Assembly (NCBI GenBank): GCA_902800325.1
Contig: CADCDW010000003.1
Coordinates: 13,452-77,451, forward strand
DNA: 64,000 nucleotides
Direction: 5' to 3'
Source of the DNA: an uncultured Lachnospiraceae bacterium
GTDB taxonomy: Bacteria; Bacillota; Clostridia; Lachnospirales; Lachnospiraceae
Both the position numbers and the translations under genes were made by a program. The notes beneath the pieces were generated by a model. The model saw nothing but the letters and a program-made list of their open reading frames with translations. It had not been told where the DNA came from and did no database searches. Shown here in pieces: positions 9,639 to 20,193 of the stretch. Positions within the stretch are counted from its first letter, which is position 1, and the number at the start of each line of letters is the position of its first letter.

Positions 9639-11243
9639 TTAAAAAGACGATGTTGTCAACTCACCATCGCTGATCAGGTAAAGATTATGTGTTTCTTTTT
9701 CCTGAATAACCCTGTTCATACCCGCAATAGAAATTACAACACCTCGATAAACATTGCCAAGTACCTTTACTTTTCCTTTTCTTCCTTCATTAAATTCAGC
9801 TCTTATAACAGTAAGCTTTTCATTTTTATCATTTCTTTCGGCTATAAGCTCAGTAAGATTTGCGTTATGAGTCTTAATCTGCTTAAGATTTTCCGGACTG
9901 AGTTTTGCTCCAAGTTTAAGTTTTTCCTTATACACATTAAGATATGATGTGATTTCAGTTATCTTTTCATTAAGCTCATTAACACTTTTAATAAGCACCT
10001 TCATATCATCATATAGCTGAGGATTAACACCAACCTTTATAATTGTCTGAGTTTCCATCCTGTTACCTATGCTGTTTACCTCAATATATGATTTACAGGC
10101 TATATCTCCGCCAACTATAAATCCTTTTCTGCCGCTTACAATAATTTTATCGCCACATTTTATATTGCTATGAAGTATGGAACCGGCAAATATATCTCCG
10201 CCCGCGTCAACTATAGCACTCTCAAAAAACTGTGCATATACATTACCATCGGATTTTATTACGCCCTTACTCATACCCTGGACGCCGCCTTTTATCATGA
10301 TATTGCCCCCCGCCGTAAGATTGGCAGCCTCAACAACACCATTTACCTGTATATCACCACTTGCCTTGACGGAAAAACCTGTTTTAACCGTTCCTGCTAT
10401 AACAACATTACCATCATATTCTATATCACCTGTAGATGCATCTACATCCGCAGGAACACTAAATGTATCCGAAACAAATACAGTTCCGTTAGTAAGACTG
10501 ACATTTCCACTTACTTCACTGTATAGAATGGTTCCATCTTCAGATTCTTTTATATTTCTTCCATGCTTAAGTTTTTTAATCTTTGGTTTATTTTGCGGAA
10601 TAGCTACTCCGTAAACATTTTGTCCGGGTTTACCCATATCATGTGGAGTAAGCTTTGCAAGCATATCGCCCTCCTTGACAGGAGTAAATATACTCAAATC
10701 ATGATAATCAACACTTCCATCCTCATTAAGCTTTGGCTTAGACATAGGCGAAGTATTAAAGAAATATTCTATAACCGTATCAGTAGCCATAACAGGCTTT
10801 ACACCTTTAGCAACCGGTATATTAAGACAATACTGCCTTGCCATCATAAATACATCTATTACCTTTTCTGCAATTCCATACACTATCTTTTCGTTGGCAA
10901 GTTCAAGCATTATTTCTCTTTTATCCATCTCTTTACCACCTGAAGAAGGCGGATAAAATCTGATATATGCAACGAGCTTATCCGGTGAAACTATAACTAT
11001 AGCACTTTCATTAAACGGTGAAATCCGAACATCACATAACTTGCGCTCTAAGATTTCACTACCCATATTTTCAATTTCAGACTTTAAGCTTATCTTATCT
11101 TCAATTACAATTCCTTTTTTTTCAAGGAAATCAAAAACCTCTTTATATTCTAATTTTTTCCCGTCACTGACAGCAGGATAAATAGTAATATATGTTCCGT
11201 CATCCTTGATATTAACCTTAAAAAAAGAATTTTTATACTTCAT
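9639..11243 (-). CDS. FapA/DUF342 family protein
   Basis: VDYHDL, GDMLAKLTP, GNVSL, DVDASTGDIEYDGNVVIAGTVKTGFSVKASGDIQVNGVVEAA beta-helix repeats. Confidence 0.88.
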   Translation of the reverse strand: MKYKNSFFKVNIKDDGTYITIYPAVSDGKKLEYKEVFDFLEKKGIVIEDKISLKSEIENMGSEILERKLCDVRISPFNESAIVIVSPDKLVAYIRFYPPSSGGKEMDKREIMLELANEKIVYGIAEKVIDVFMMARQYCLNIPVAKGVKPVMATDTVIEYFFNTSPMSKPKLNEDGSVDYHDLSIFTPVKEGDMLAKLTPHDMGKPGQNVYGVAIPQNKPKIKKLKHGRNIKESEDGTILYSEVSGNVSLTNGTVFVSDTFSVPADVDASTGDIEYDGNVVIAGTVKTGFSVKASGDIQVNGVVEAANLTAGGNIMIKGGVQGMSKGVIKSDGNVYAQFFESAIVDAGGDIFAGSILHSNIKCGDKIIVSGRKGFIVGGDIACKSYIEVNSIGNRMETQTIIKVGVNPQLYDDMKVLIKSVNELNEKITEITSYLNVYKEKLKLGAKLSPENLKQIKTHNANLTELIAERNDKNEKLTVIRAEFNEGRKGKVKVLGNVYRGVVISIAGMNRVIQEKETHNLYLISDGELTTSSF

Positions 11244-11275
11244 ATTTATCCCCCATAAATCACACTAAAAAAAAT

Positions 11276-12043
11276 TTACCCCATAAATACCTGAAATTCA
11301 TCGCCCAGACCATTTTTAAGCTTCTTCAATGCCTTTGAATGTAGCTGTGACACTCTGGATTCAGATACATCCATAACCCTGCTTATTTCTTTCAAGGTCA
11401 AATCCTCATAATAATATAAAAGAATAACCTTCTTTTCTTTCTCAGTTAAAATGTCCAATGCTTCCTCAAGCTTTTCCCTGAGTTCGCTTTCCTCTACCAC
11501 CTTTTCAGGCTCAATTCTGGCATAGCTTCTATTGGAAGAGGCCTTAACTTCATTTCCCTGATCAAGAAAATCTTCGATTGAAGAAATATTGGATATATTG
11601 GTCTGTGAAAGCCAATTTAAGTATTCATCCTCTGATATTCCAAGTTCTTTTGCCATATCACTGTCTGAATAATTAGGTCCTAACTCTTTTTCGAGTGTTT
11701 TCACTGCAGTATCTATCGCTTTTTGTTTTTGTCTTACGGAACGTGGAATCCAGTCAAGTTTTCTTATCTGGTCAAGTATAGAACCTCTGATTCTGAGACT
11801 TGCATAGGTTTCAAACTTGATACCCTTACCATAATCAAATTTATCTATAGCATCTATGAGACCAAATATTCCATAACTGACAAGATCATCATATTCTACA
11901 TTTGATCCAAGGTATATACTCAGTCTGCCTGCAACCACCTTAACCAAGGGTACATATTCAATTATAATCTGTTCACGAATCACGGCTGATTTTGAGTGAT
12001 TGTACTCTATCCAAAGCCTTTCTTTATTGTCAATTACAGCCAT
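11276..12043 (-). CDS. fliA: Flagellar sigma factor sigma-28 (FliA/SigD)
   Basis: DLVSYGIFGLIDAIDKFD, FETYASLRIRGSILDQIRKLDWIPRS, LTLKEISRVMDVSESRVSQLHSKAL. Confidence 0.97.
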   Translation of the reverse strand: MAVIDNKERLWIEYNHSKSAVIREQIIIEYVPLVKVVAGRLSIYLGSNVEYDDLVSYGIFGLIDAIDKFDYGKGIKFETYASLRIRGSILDQIRKLDWIPRSVRQKQKAIDTAVKTLEKELGPNYSDSDMAKELGISEDEYLNWLSQTNISNISSIEDFLDQGNEVKASSNRSYARIEPEKVVEESELREKLEEALDILTEKEKKVILLYYYEDLTLKEISRVMDVSESRVSQLHSKALKKLKNGLGDEFQVFMG

Positions 12044-12062
12044 CTTACACCCCTCTTATAAG

Positions 12063-12350
12063 TTATTTTGCTTCCTCTTTTCCTTCAGCAGCTTTTTCCT
12101 TATTAGCTTCGCTATTATTACCCGTACTGTCTACATTTGTTTTTGGCTCCATAAGCCTTATCTTGTCAATAAGCTTTATGGCTATTGAGGCAATCACATA
12201 AAAGACTACCAACACTATTATAAGTATAATTAGTGAATCGATAATATCTCTATCATATTTAATATTGAGAAGCATAGCTATAAGTGTGGCAGTTAAGACA
12301 ATGATTGCCCGGGCATTTTTGTATTTATTCTTTAAATCCAATTCTGACAC
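12063..12350 (-). CDS. Small two-TM hypothetical membrane protein
   Basis: Two hydrophobic helices and a charged tail; located between cheD and fliA. Confidence 0.75.
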   Translation of the reverse strand: MSELDLKNKYKNARAIIVLTATLIAMLLNIKYDRDIIDSLIILIIVLVVFYVIASIAIKLIDKIRLMEPKTNVDSTGNNSEANKEKAAEGKEEAK

Positions 12351-12358
12351 ACCTCTTA

Positions 12359-12844
12359 TTATATAATATATCGTTCGGCACCGGCTCTTGTAATGGCAAG
12401 CTCACATGTTTCAGGATTAAAAACTATTGTTCTACCAAAATTAAGTCCTACATCTTCAGAAATAATCGGTATCTTAAGCTCCGAAAGCTTGTTTTTAACA
12501 GCAATAACATTATTTTCACCTACATTGCCGATGCTTGATTTTAAAATATGATTGAACATCTGTGCTCCACCGGCAATTTTGGCTTTTAAAGAATACTCCT
12601 TAATTCCCTCAGATATAAGCTTTTCTAAAAGCAAATCTATACCGGTATCTGCAAATTTTAATTTGTTGGCATTATTATTTATCTTGTTACTGTCCGGAAG
12701 CATAATATGTACAAGTCCCGCCAAACCACTTATTCCATCATAGATTACAACTCCGACACATGACCCCAATCCTATGGTCGTAATCATATCAGGAGTACGG
12801 CAGGTATTCATATCTGCTATACCAACCCTAATTATATCAGCCAT
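12359..12844 (-). CDS. cheD: Chemoreceptor glutamine deamidase CheD
   Basis: TIGLGSCVGV, GLVHIMLP, AKIAGGAQMF, EDVGLNFGRT. Start revised to ATG at 12844 (MADIIRVGIADM). Confidence 0.95.
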   Translation of the reverse strand: MADIIRVGIADMNTCRTPDMITTIGLGSCVGVVIYDGISGLAGLVHIMLPDSNKINNNANKLKFADTGIDLLLEKLISEGIKEYSLKAKIAGGAQMFNHILKSSIGNVGENNVIAVKNKLSELKIPIISEDVGLNFGRTIVFNPETCELAITRAGAERYII

Positions 12845-13463
12845 TGGTACCTCCAATTCCAAGTTTTTCAAGAAGGAGGTCATACGAATTCTCATACGAT
12901 ATCATTATAAGATGTCCATCAAGTTTGTGGTCACCTACGTAAAGCTCCGAACTGATAAGAAGAGACTCGTCATTAACCTGGCTATATTCTATATATGGTA
13001 CACTCAATATCGCTCCGGCTATGTCTACACATACCTCCGGCAGAGAATATCTTATCTTGGTACCTGTCAAAGTTTCCAGCGATGCAACATATGATCCAAT
13101 CATAATATTGGATATCTCACTAATCGCTGATACACCCATCTCTGTATTCCAACCGGCATCTTCTCCAAGAGCAAGCTTTACAAATAATTCCGCATCATCA
13201 ACCGTCAAAAGAAATGCTATAACAGCTTCAAAACCTTCACTTATAGTACTGAAAACACCGACAACTATAGACTCAGGACTACCGACAACTCTTTCAAGCT
13301 CTTCAAAATCACACATCTCAACAACCGGTATACTCATCATAATTTTTGTTTTAAGCATAACGGATAAAGATGTGGCCGCATTACCGGCACCGATATTGCC
13401 CATTTCTGTAAGCGTATCAATTACTCTTTTATTGAAGTTTGAATCTGCATTAAACATAAGCAT
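12837..13463 (-). CDS. cheC: CheY-P phosphatase CheC
   Basis: Two CheC motifs: DTLTEMGNIGAGNAATSLS and SAISEISNIMIGSY. Confidence 0.93.
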   Translation of the reverse strand: MLMFNADSNFNKRVIDTLTEMGNIGAGNAATSLSVMLKTKIMMSIPVVEMCDFEELERVVGSPESIVVGVFSTISEGFEAVIAFLLTVDDAELFVKLALGEDAGWNTEMGVSAISEISNIMIGSYVASLETLTGTKIRYSLPEVCVDIAGAILSVPYIEYSQVNDESLLISSELYVGDHKLDGHLIMISYENSYDLLLEKLGIGGTNG

Positions 13464-13468
13464 TACTC

Positions 13469-13918
13469 CTATTCATTTTCAACATCTGTTATCAAAGCAG
13501 GAATATTTAAAATAGAAATAAGTGTATCATTATACTTACCTACGCCGGTAACATATGATCTGGATTCAACATCATCGGATGTAACCTTTTCTACATCCTC
13601 GTCATTTAAAGTTACAACCTCTTTTACTTCGTCAACAAGCACTCCTATATCAGCACCTTCATACTTTATTATAAGTATTCTGGTTGCTCCTGTATTTTCC
13701 TTAAACGGAAGATCAAATTTTTCTCTCATACTCATAACAGGTATAATTACACCACGCAGATTAATTACCCCAAGGAAATACGGCTGAGTATGCGGAACTC
13801 TTGTTATAGGCATAAGTCTTACGATATTATCAATATAGGAAATATCAATTCCATACTGTTCACTGTCAAATCTTAAAATAATATACTGCTTTAAATCGTT
13901 ATTAACATTGTTATCCAT
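13469..13918 (-). CDS. cheW: Chemotaxis coupling protein CheW
   Basis: YGIDI, ITRVPHTQPYFLGVINLRGVIIPV, GVLVDEVKEV. Confidence 0.96.
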   Translation of the reverse strand: MDNNVNNDLKQYIILRFDSEQYGIDISYIDNIVRLMPITRVPHTQPYFLGVINLRGVIIPVMSMREKFDLPFKENTGATRILIIKYEGADIGVLVDEVKEVVTLNDEDVEKVTSDDVESRSYVTGVGKYNDTLISILNIPALITDVENE

Positions 13919-13930
13919 ATCGCACCTCCA

Positions 13931-16018
13931 CTATACCAATGTATTTGAATCAATTATCAATGCAACTTCACCATTACCAAGGATAGTGGCTCCGCTTATC
14001 ATCTTAGGAACTCTGATAAATTTACCTAAAGGCTTGATAACGATTTCCTGCTGGCCAAGAAGATTATCAATTACAAGACCCGCCTGCTTATCGCCCTTCT
14101 TAACAATAACAACTATAAGGCTGTCATCATCTTCAAGCTCAGGATCCTTTTCTACAGGTTCAAGATCAAGAACTTCATTGAGTCTTACAATAGGTATAAC
14201 CGTTCCTCTCAAATTGATAACTTCTTTTGTATGTACATACTTGATTTCATCAGATGGTATCTCTTCAACAGTAACAATTGAATTAAGAGGAAGTGCATAT
14301 TTTTCACCTGATATATCAACCATGAGAGCCTGAATAATTGCAAGTGTAAGCGGAAGTCTGACGATAAAGGTTGTACCCTCTCCAAGCTTGGTTGATACTT
14401 CAACATCTCCTCCTAAGCCTTCTATCTTATTCTTTACTACGTCAAGACCTACTCCTCTTCCCGAAACATCAGTTATCTTTTCAGCAGTCGAAAAAGACGG
14501 CATAAACAACAGATCAACTGCTTCTTTGTCAGACATAAACTCTGCCTGTTCTTCTGTTATATTACCTCTTTCTATCGCTTTTGCTTTAATCTTTTCTACA
14601 TCTATACCGGCACCATCATCTGATACCTCGATAGTAACATTGTTGCCATCCTGATATGCATCAAGGCGAATCGTACCAACTTTTGGCTTACCGAGCTTAA
14701 GTCTGTCAATTGTATCCTCCAAACCATGATCGGCAGAATTCCTAAGCATATGCATAAGAGGATCACCGATTTCATCAATAACTGTTCTGTCAAGTTCTGT
14801 GTCTTCACCGGTCATAATAAGCTCCATTTCCTTATTGAGCTTCTTGGACAAATCTCTGATCATACGAGGGAATCTGTTAACAACACTTTCAATAGGTACC
14901 ATTCTTACCTTCATAACAGATTCATGAAGATTTGTCGTAATTCTCTCAAGATATTCTATCTGTTCATTGAAAGACTGATCGGATCCCGCCATCACGCCGG
15001 TAACAGACACAAGTCCGTTCTTTGCGATTATAAGCTCGGAAACAAGATTCATAAGGTCGTCAAGTTTTTCTATATCAACTCTTACCGAACGATTAACAAC
15101 CGGCTTTCCTGATTTTGCAGGTGTTTTCTTTTCATCCTTCTTCTCTGACTTTTGTTCTTTTGCAGACTCTTTCTTATCATCTGCCTCTTCTGCTTTAGGA
15201 GTGGTATCCTCAACAACATCAGGAATATCAAACTCTTCTATAACAGCTTCTTCAATCTCTGAAACATTTTCTATTATTTTCTTTATTTCTTCAAGCGATT
15301 TATCAGATATAATAAACATCGAAAAATCAAAATCGAATTTTTCATCTTCAATGTCCTGGACACTTGGAACAGACTTGATTATTTCACCCTTATTTTCAAG
15401 TCCTTTAAATACAAGAAATGCTCTCGCAGCCTTAAGAAGACAGCTTTCCTGAATGTAAACTGTTGTAGCATATACATGCATACCTTTTTCTTTTGCTTCC
15501 TGCATTGCATTTTTCTCAAAATCCGCAATCGGAATTGAAAGATATTTCTTTCTATCATCAGATGAGCCTGATTTAGCTTCCTGATTTTCAGAAGTTTTTT
15601 CTTCTTTAGCTGCCGGTTCTGAGCCAACACTTTCCGACTGAGCAAGAACGTCATTTAAAACCTTGATAACATCCTCATTATCCTCAGTTCCCTCATCACC
15701 TGACTCTGTGATATTGGCAAGATAACCTTCTATACAATCCAAGCACTTAAACACAACATCAACAATGTCCGCATTAACATTAATTTTACCATTACGAACT
15801 TCAGAGAAAACATTTTCCATATCATGTGTAAGTCTTTGCATTCTCTTAAAGCCCATAGTTCCTGCCATACCCTTAAGGGAATGAGCTGCTCTGAAGATTT
15901 CATTTACAGTATCAATGTTGTCAGGTTCTGCTTCCAATATAAGGACCTGATCGTTCAAAGTCTGTATATGCTCCTTTGTTTCATCAATAAAAATCTCAAG
16001 ATATTGGCTTAAATCCAT
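13931..16018 (-). CDS. cheA: Chemotaxis histidine kinase CheA
   Basis: IFRAAHSLKGM (Hpt), VRVDIEKLDDLMNLVSEL, RNSADHGLE, DDGAGID, GRGVGLDVV, C-terminal CheW domain. Confidence 0.98.
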   Translation of the reverse strand: MDLSQYLEIFIDETKEHIQTLNDQVLILEAEPDNIDTVNEIFRAAHSLKGMAGTMGFKRMQRLTHDMENVFSEVRNGKINVNADIVDVVFKCLDCIEGYLANITESGDEGTEDNEDVIKVLNDVLAQSESVGSEPAAKEEKTSENQEAKSGSSDDRKKYLSIPIADFEKNAMQEAKEKGMHVYATTVYIQESCLLKAARAFLVFKGLENKGEIIKSVPSVQDIEDEKFDFDFSMFIISDKSLEEIKKIIENVSEIEEAVIEEFDIPDVVEDTTPKAEEADDKKESAKEQKSEKKDEKKTPAKSGKPVVNRSVRVDIEKLDDLMNLVSELIIAKNGLVSVTGVMAGSDQSFNEQIEYLERITTNLHESVMKVRMVPIESVVNRFPRMIRDLSKKLNKEMELIMTGEDTELDRTVIDEIGDPLMHMLRNSADHGLEDTIDRLKLGKPKVGTIRLDAYQDGNNVTIEVSDDGAGIDVEKIKAKAIERGNITEEQAEFMSDKEAVDLLFMPSFSTAEKITDVSGRGVGLDVVKNKIEGLGGDVEVSTKLGEGTTFIVRLPLTLAIIQALMVDISGEKYALPLNSIVTVEEIPSDEIKYVHTKEVINLRGTVIPIVRLNEVLDLEPVEKDPELEDDDSLIVVIVKKGDKQAGLVIDNLLGQQEIVIKPLGKFIRVPKMISGATILGNGEVALIIDSNTLV

Positions 16019-17232
16019 TATAGCACCCCTACTTTCTTAATAATTTCTTTTGCTATATCATTTATATCACATACCACATCGCACATACCTTTTTCGTATA
16101 TGGCACGCGGCATTCCATATACAGTTGAAGAAGCTTCATCCTGGGCAATAACATATACTTTTTTATGCTTGGACAAATTAACAATACCATTTGTTCCATC
16201 AGCCCCCATACCTGTCAAAACAACACAAACTATCTCATCATAGCTTGAATTAACAAGACTGTCGTACATAATATTGCCACAAGGTTTAAGTCCAACAACA
16301 GGTGGAGAATCATCCAATTCAAGATAATGTCCATTATTCTTATCTGCAACCTTAAGATGTTTACCACCCTTACAAAGATATATATTGCCTCTTTTTATTA
16401 ATTCGCCGCCGTTTACCTCACTTACCTTAAGTTCGCCAAGCTCATCAAGCCGTTCTGCCAGCGTTGTAGTAAAATTAGCCGGCATATGCTGAACCATAAT
16501 CATCGGTGCAGCAAGATTTTTAGGTAACATCGGAATAACTGTTCTAAGCGCTTTAGGACCACCCGTAGAACTAACAAGTGCTATTAAAACATTTGAACTA
16601 TATGAAGCTTTATGATATAAGGAAGCATCAACCTTTTTTAATCCTGTTTTCACAGATTTCCGGGTTTTACTATCCTGTGTTTCTCCATTTTTGTAATGTC
16701 CCTCATTATCTGCTTTCTCATTATGCTTATGTACATTAACATTTCCCTGTTTTCTTATAGCTTCATGTTTTGCAAGGATATTTTCGTTAATTTTACCGTC
16801 GTCTTCATTGTACCCGGGTATAGCATTGGATGAATTTTTCTTTTTGTCTGATAGTTTTAAAATATCAATCAACTTATCAGAAAAAACAGATTCATCCATC
16901 TTATAAATATTATCCGGCTTTTTAAGAAATGCTATTGCGCCAAGCTCCAATGCCGTAATTGTATATAGCGCCTCGTCCTTAGTACTGAGAAGAACAAAAG
17001 GCATCATCATATTCAGTCTTTTCAGCATCGTAAGCAGCTCAATACCTGTCATAACCGGCATATTTACATCACAAATAACTGCATAAATATCCTTATGAGT
17101 CTTAATCATCTCAAGACCCTCAGCACCATTTTTAGCAATATAAGCAACTGTATATTCATTTGTCCCATTAATTATAGCAGATAATACTCTTCTCATGAGT
17201 GCAGAGTCATCTACGAGCAATATTTTTTTCAT
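16018..17232 (-). CDS. cheB: Chemotaxis methylesterase CheB (REC plus esterase)
   Basis: REC VDDSALMRR...DVNMPVM; catalytic SSTGGP, VQHMP and LTGMGADG motifs. Confidence 0.95.
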   Translation of the reverse strand: MKKILLVDDSALMRRVLSAIINGTNEYTVAYIAKNGAEGLEMIKTHKDIYAVICDVNMPVMTGIELLTMLKRLNMMMPFVLLSTKDEALYTITALELGAIAFLKKPDNIYKMDESVFSDKLIDILKLSDKKKNSSNAIPGYNEDDGKINENILAKHEAIRKQGNVNVHKHNEKADNEGHYKNGETQDSKTRKSVKTGLKKVDASLYHKASYSSNVLIALVSSTGGPKALRTVIPMLPKNLAAPMIMVQHMPANFTTTLAERLDELGELKVSEVNGGELIKRGNIYLCKGGKHLKVADKNNGHYLELDDSPPVVGLKPCGNIMYDSLVNSSYDEIVCVVLTGMGADGTNGIVNLSKHKKVYVIAQDEASSTVYGMPRAIYEKGMCDVVCDINDIAKEIIKKVGVL

Positions 17233-17942
17233 TATTTCAATCCCGATTCTTTCGCCCTGTTTTGTCTTTCACTTTCAAATATAAATTTTATTATTATATC
17301 CCTGTCTTCCTGCTTCATTTTTAAGAATTCGAGTCTTTGTTCGTATAGTCCCGAGTGACCGGCAATAGTATTGCTGCTAAGTATTCTGGCCATTATATTG
17401 AAGCTATGTACAGCATTTAAAATTGCTATTTTAAAATCGACCATTACAATTTCATTTTTTTCAATATCCATTTTAGATACTATCTTAAGCCCACCGCCAC
17501 TTATATCTATTATCTTTAAATCATTCCATATAAGCTCCTTATCAGACAAATCATATAATTCTGCCATCTGATATTCTTCATCTGATACAGTTCTCATCCT
17601 TCCGTTCAAAATACATTTATATCTGTAAAATTCTCTTCTTTGAACTTTTTCAAGCTTTCCAAGAAGTACTATTTCAAGAAAAAACAGATTGCCGCTTCTA
17701 TATCTTGATGATATAACAACATTGGTCTGCATAAGTCCCTTGTCTGTATAAAAACAGGCAGAATATTTATCATCAACATTTAAAGGAACAATTTTTCCTT
17801 CATATATAGGCATAGAAATCTGAAGTGTATTTTTAGGCATTATGTCACAGATTTTACTTGAAAAAACTTTCTTTATTTCGTCATTTCTGATAATCTGATC
17901 AAGCTTCACCAATTCAATTTTATTACCAATTGATAATCCCAT
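17232..17942 (-). CDS. YcgR/MotI-like PilZ-domain flagellar brake (c-di-GMP effector)
   Basis: QRREFYR (RxxxR) and DISGGG (DxSxxG) PilZ motifs. Start revised to ATG at 17942, after GGGGTG. Confidence 0.88.
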   Translation of the reverse strand: MGLSIGNKIELVKLDQIIRNDEIKKVFSSKICDIMPKNTLQISMPIYEGKIVPLNVDDKYSACFYTDKGLMQTNVVISSRYRSGNLFFLEIVLLGKLEKVQRREFYRYKCILNGRMRTVSDEEYQMAELYDLSDKELIWNDLKIIDISGGGLKIVSKMDIEKNEIVMVDFKIAILNAVHSFNIMARILSSNTIAGHSGLYEQRLEFLKMKQEDRDIIIKFIFESERQNRAKESGLK

Positions 17943-18006
17943 AAGCAATTCACCCCAAAATAATTTAATTATAAGAATTATTTTTATCAAACCTCTTTAT
18001 ATTCCA

Positions 18007-18068
18007 TATATAAAAAGTAAAATATATAAAAAGTAAAATATATAAAAAACAAAATACATAAAAACAAA
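18007..18068. repeat. 16-bp AT-rich tandem repeat (2 identical plus 2 degenerate copies)
   Basis: TATATAAAAAGTAAAA x2, then TATATAAAAAACAAAA and TACATAAAAACAAA. Confidence 0.8.
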
Positions 18069-18968
18069 TCAGCGTTTATTTTTCTTTCTTCTCGATTTAA
18101 TAAACTCAAAAAATATCCTCGCTATTCCTTCATTGCCCTCTTCTTTATCCTCTAAGCCCGTACCTGTCAGCTTATCAGCCAGTGAAGCAATACATCTCGA
18201 TGAAGAGGTCGTCGGATACGCCATTACTACAGGCTTTTGTTCAATTATAGCTCTTGAAGCATTTTTATCCTGTATTATCGATCCGAGATATTCCAGCTTA
18301 GTATTTAAAAACTTGGAAGAAACAGCATTAATCTTTGCAAAAATTTCATCGCCTTCCGCATCATTTTCCACTCTGTTGGCAATAACTCTTATCGTCTTAT
18401 ATATCGGATTAAATCTCTCATTTCTTCGTAATACTTTTAACAAAGAATACGCATCCGTAATTGAAGTAGGTTCAGGAGTTACTACAAGCAATACTTCCGG
18501 ACTGACCATAACAAATTCCATAACCGCATCCGTTATTCCCGCTCCAGTATCTATAATTACAACATCATACATCTTATCAAGTCTTGCAAGACCGGATATC
18601 AAAAGCTTTATACTGTCATTATCAAGAGCTGCAAGCTCTGAGACACCGGAACCACCTGAGATAAAGCCTATTCCTTTCGGACCGGTGGTAATTATCTCTT
18701 CCATTGTTTTATTGTTATGAATCAGATCTAAAAGATTATATTTAGGTCTGATTCCGAGCATAACCTCAACATTGGCCAGTCCAAAATCAGCATCAAATAT
18801 GACAACCTTCTTTCCTCTTTCAGACAATTCTATAGCCAGATTAACAGATATACTGGTTTTACCCACTCCGCCTTTTCCACTTGTTACTGCGATAACTCTC
18901 GCATTGGAAGGTCTGGATTCTTCCTGAACCATCTGCCTTAACTTAGAAGCCTGGTCCATCTCCTGCAC
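18069..18968 (-). CDS. flhG: MinD/ParA-family ATPase FlhG
   Basis: [41 protein letters not shown]; follows flhF. Confidence 0.95.
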   Translation of the reverse strand: MQEMDQASKLRQMVQEESRPSNARVIAVTSGKGGVGKTSISVNLAIELSERGKKVVIFDADFGLANVEVMLGIRPKYNLLDLIHNNKTMEEIITTGPKGIGFISGGSGVSELAALDNDSIKLLISGLARLDKMYDVVIIDTGAGITDAVMEFVMVSPEVLLVVTPEPTSITDAYSLLKVLRRNERFNPIYKTIRVIANRVENDAEGDEIFAKINAVSSKFLNTKLEYLGSIIQDKNASRAIIEQKPVVMAYPTTSSSRCIASLADKLTGTGLEDKEEGNEGIARIFFEFIKSRRKKNKR

Positions 18969-20193
18969 CTCCTAACAAGCTCTTGGCAACAATCTGAGGA
19001 TCGATAACACCTATATCCTCGGGTACATTCTGACCCCATGTTGCGTATGACAAGGTCTTGCCCATATCAAGCTTTAAATTTAATATTGAACCTGATGCTC
19101 TGGTTTCATCAAGTTTGGTAAAGATAAGTTTATAGTCAAACAACTTTTCATATGTCCTTGCAATATCAAGCAAATCTTTATATTTAACAACTGCACTAAC
19201 CACAAGAAAAACCTCTGTTTCATAATCTGATACGGCATCAACCATCTCTTTTAGATTTTTCTTTTGTTCTTCATTTCTATGTGAATGACCTGCCGTATCA
19301 ACAAATATCAAATCACATTCATTATATTTTTCAACATAATTCTTTATATCCTCCGGAGTATATACCACCTCCATAGGTGTATTTAAAATATTAGCATACG
19401 TTTTTATCTGCTCTATCGCTGCTATCCTGTATGTATCTATAGAAAGCATGGCAATATTTTGTTTTTCCTCAAGCTTAAACTTAGATGCAAGCTTTGCCAT
19501 CGTCGTAGTCTTGCCTACACCGGTATTACCAACAAAAAATACAACCTTAGGTTTTTTTTCTCCGGGTGTGAGAGGCTTAACCTCTCCAAGCTTAAGAACT
19601 ATTTTCTGATATACATTTGCCAGAATATTATCAAGCGGCAAAGAATTATTTTCAAAATCAAACTCCCCGATTATTTCATCAGCGATATCTTTATTTACTT
19701 CATTATCTATGAGCTGATTATATATTAAATCGATAATACGGTTCTTTGAAGCCGGTTTCGTCTCCGACTTATCCCCCGATGCACCTGAATATGTCTTTGC
19801 CGGGTTCTCAGAAACAACCGCATCAAAGTGCAAACCACGCACTTCGCTTTCCGAACTTTTTATATCTGAAGAATCAGAACCGGCATCTTTACCTGACATC
19901 ATTTGCTGTTCCAAAAGCCTGGCTATGCTGTTAATCTTCTCCTCTATGGCATTTTGAGCATCCTCGCTATAACCCTCTTTTGAAGCCTTATCAACAACTT
20001 TTTCAGAAGATTTATCTGCAACGTTATCATCTATGGCTGCCGTAAGCTCAACTGTATTTTTCTTGAAAAGCTTCATAATGCCTTTTCTCTTAATTGTCTT
20101 TACATTCATCACAACAGCCTCAGGACCTAAATCTTCCTTTGCCATAAGAATAGCATCCTTTTCAGTTGCTGCCTTGTACTTCTTAATTATCAT
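18943..20193 (-). CDS. flhF: Flagellar SRP-type GTPase FlhF
   Basis: [48 protein letters not shown]. Confidence 0.97.
   Translation of the reverse strand: MIIKKYKAATEKDAILMAKEDLGPEAVVMNVKTIKRKGIMKLFKKNTVELTAAIDDNVADKSSEKVVDKASKEGYSEDAQNAIEEKINSIARLLEQQMMSGKDAGSDSSDIKSSESEVRGLHFDAVVSENPAKTYSGASGDKSETKPASKNRIIDLIYNQLIDNEVNKDIADEIIGEFDFENNSLPLDNILANVYQKIVLKLGEVKPLTPGEKKPKVVFFVGNTGVGKTTTMAKLASKFKLEEKQNIAMLSIDTYRIAAIEQIKTYANILNTPMEVVYTPEDIKNYVEKYNECDLIFVDTAGHSHRNEEQKKNLKEMVDAVSDYETEVFLVVSAVVKYKDLLDIARTYEKLFDYKLIFTKLDETRASGSILNLKLDMGKTLSYATWGQNVPEDIGVIDPQIVAKSLLGGAGDGPGF

Noticed and set aside
12845-12895. N-terminal extensions of cheD (12895), the PilZ gene (17990) and the LysM gene (53538)
   Set aside because: Downstream ATGs with better RBS and family-typical N-termini exist at 12844, 17942 and 53499.
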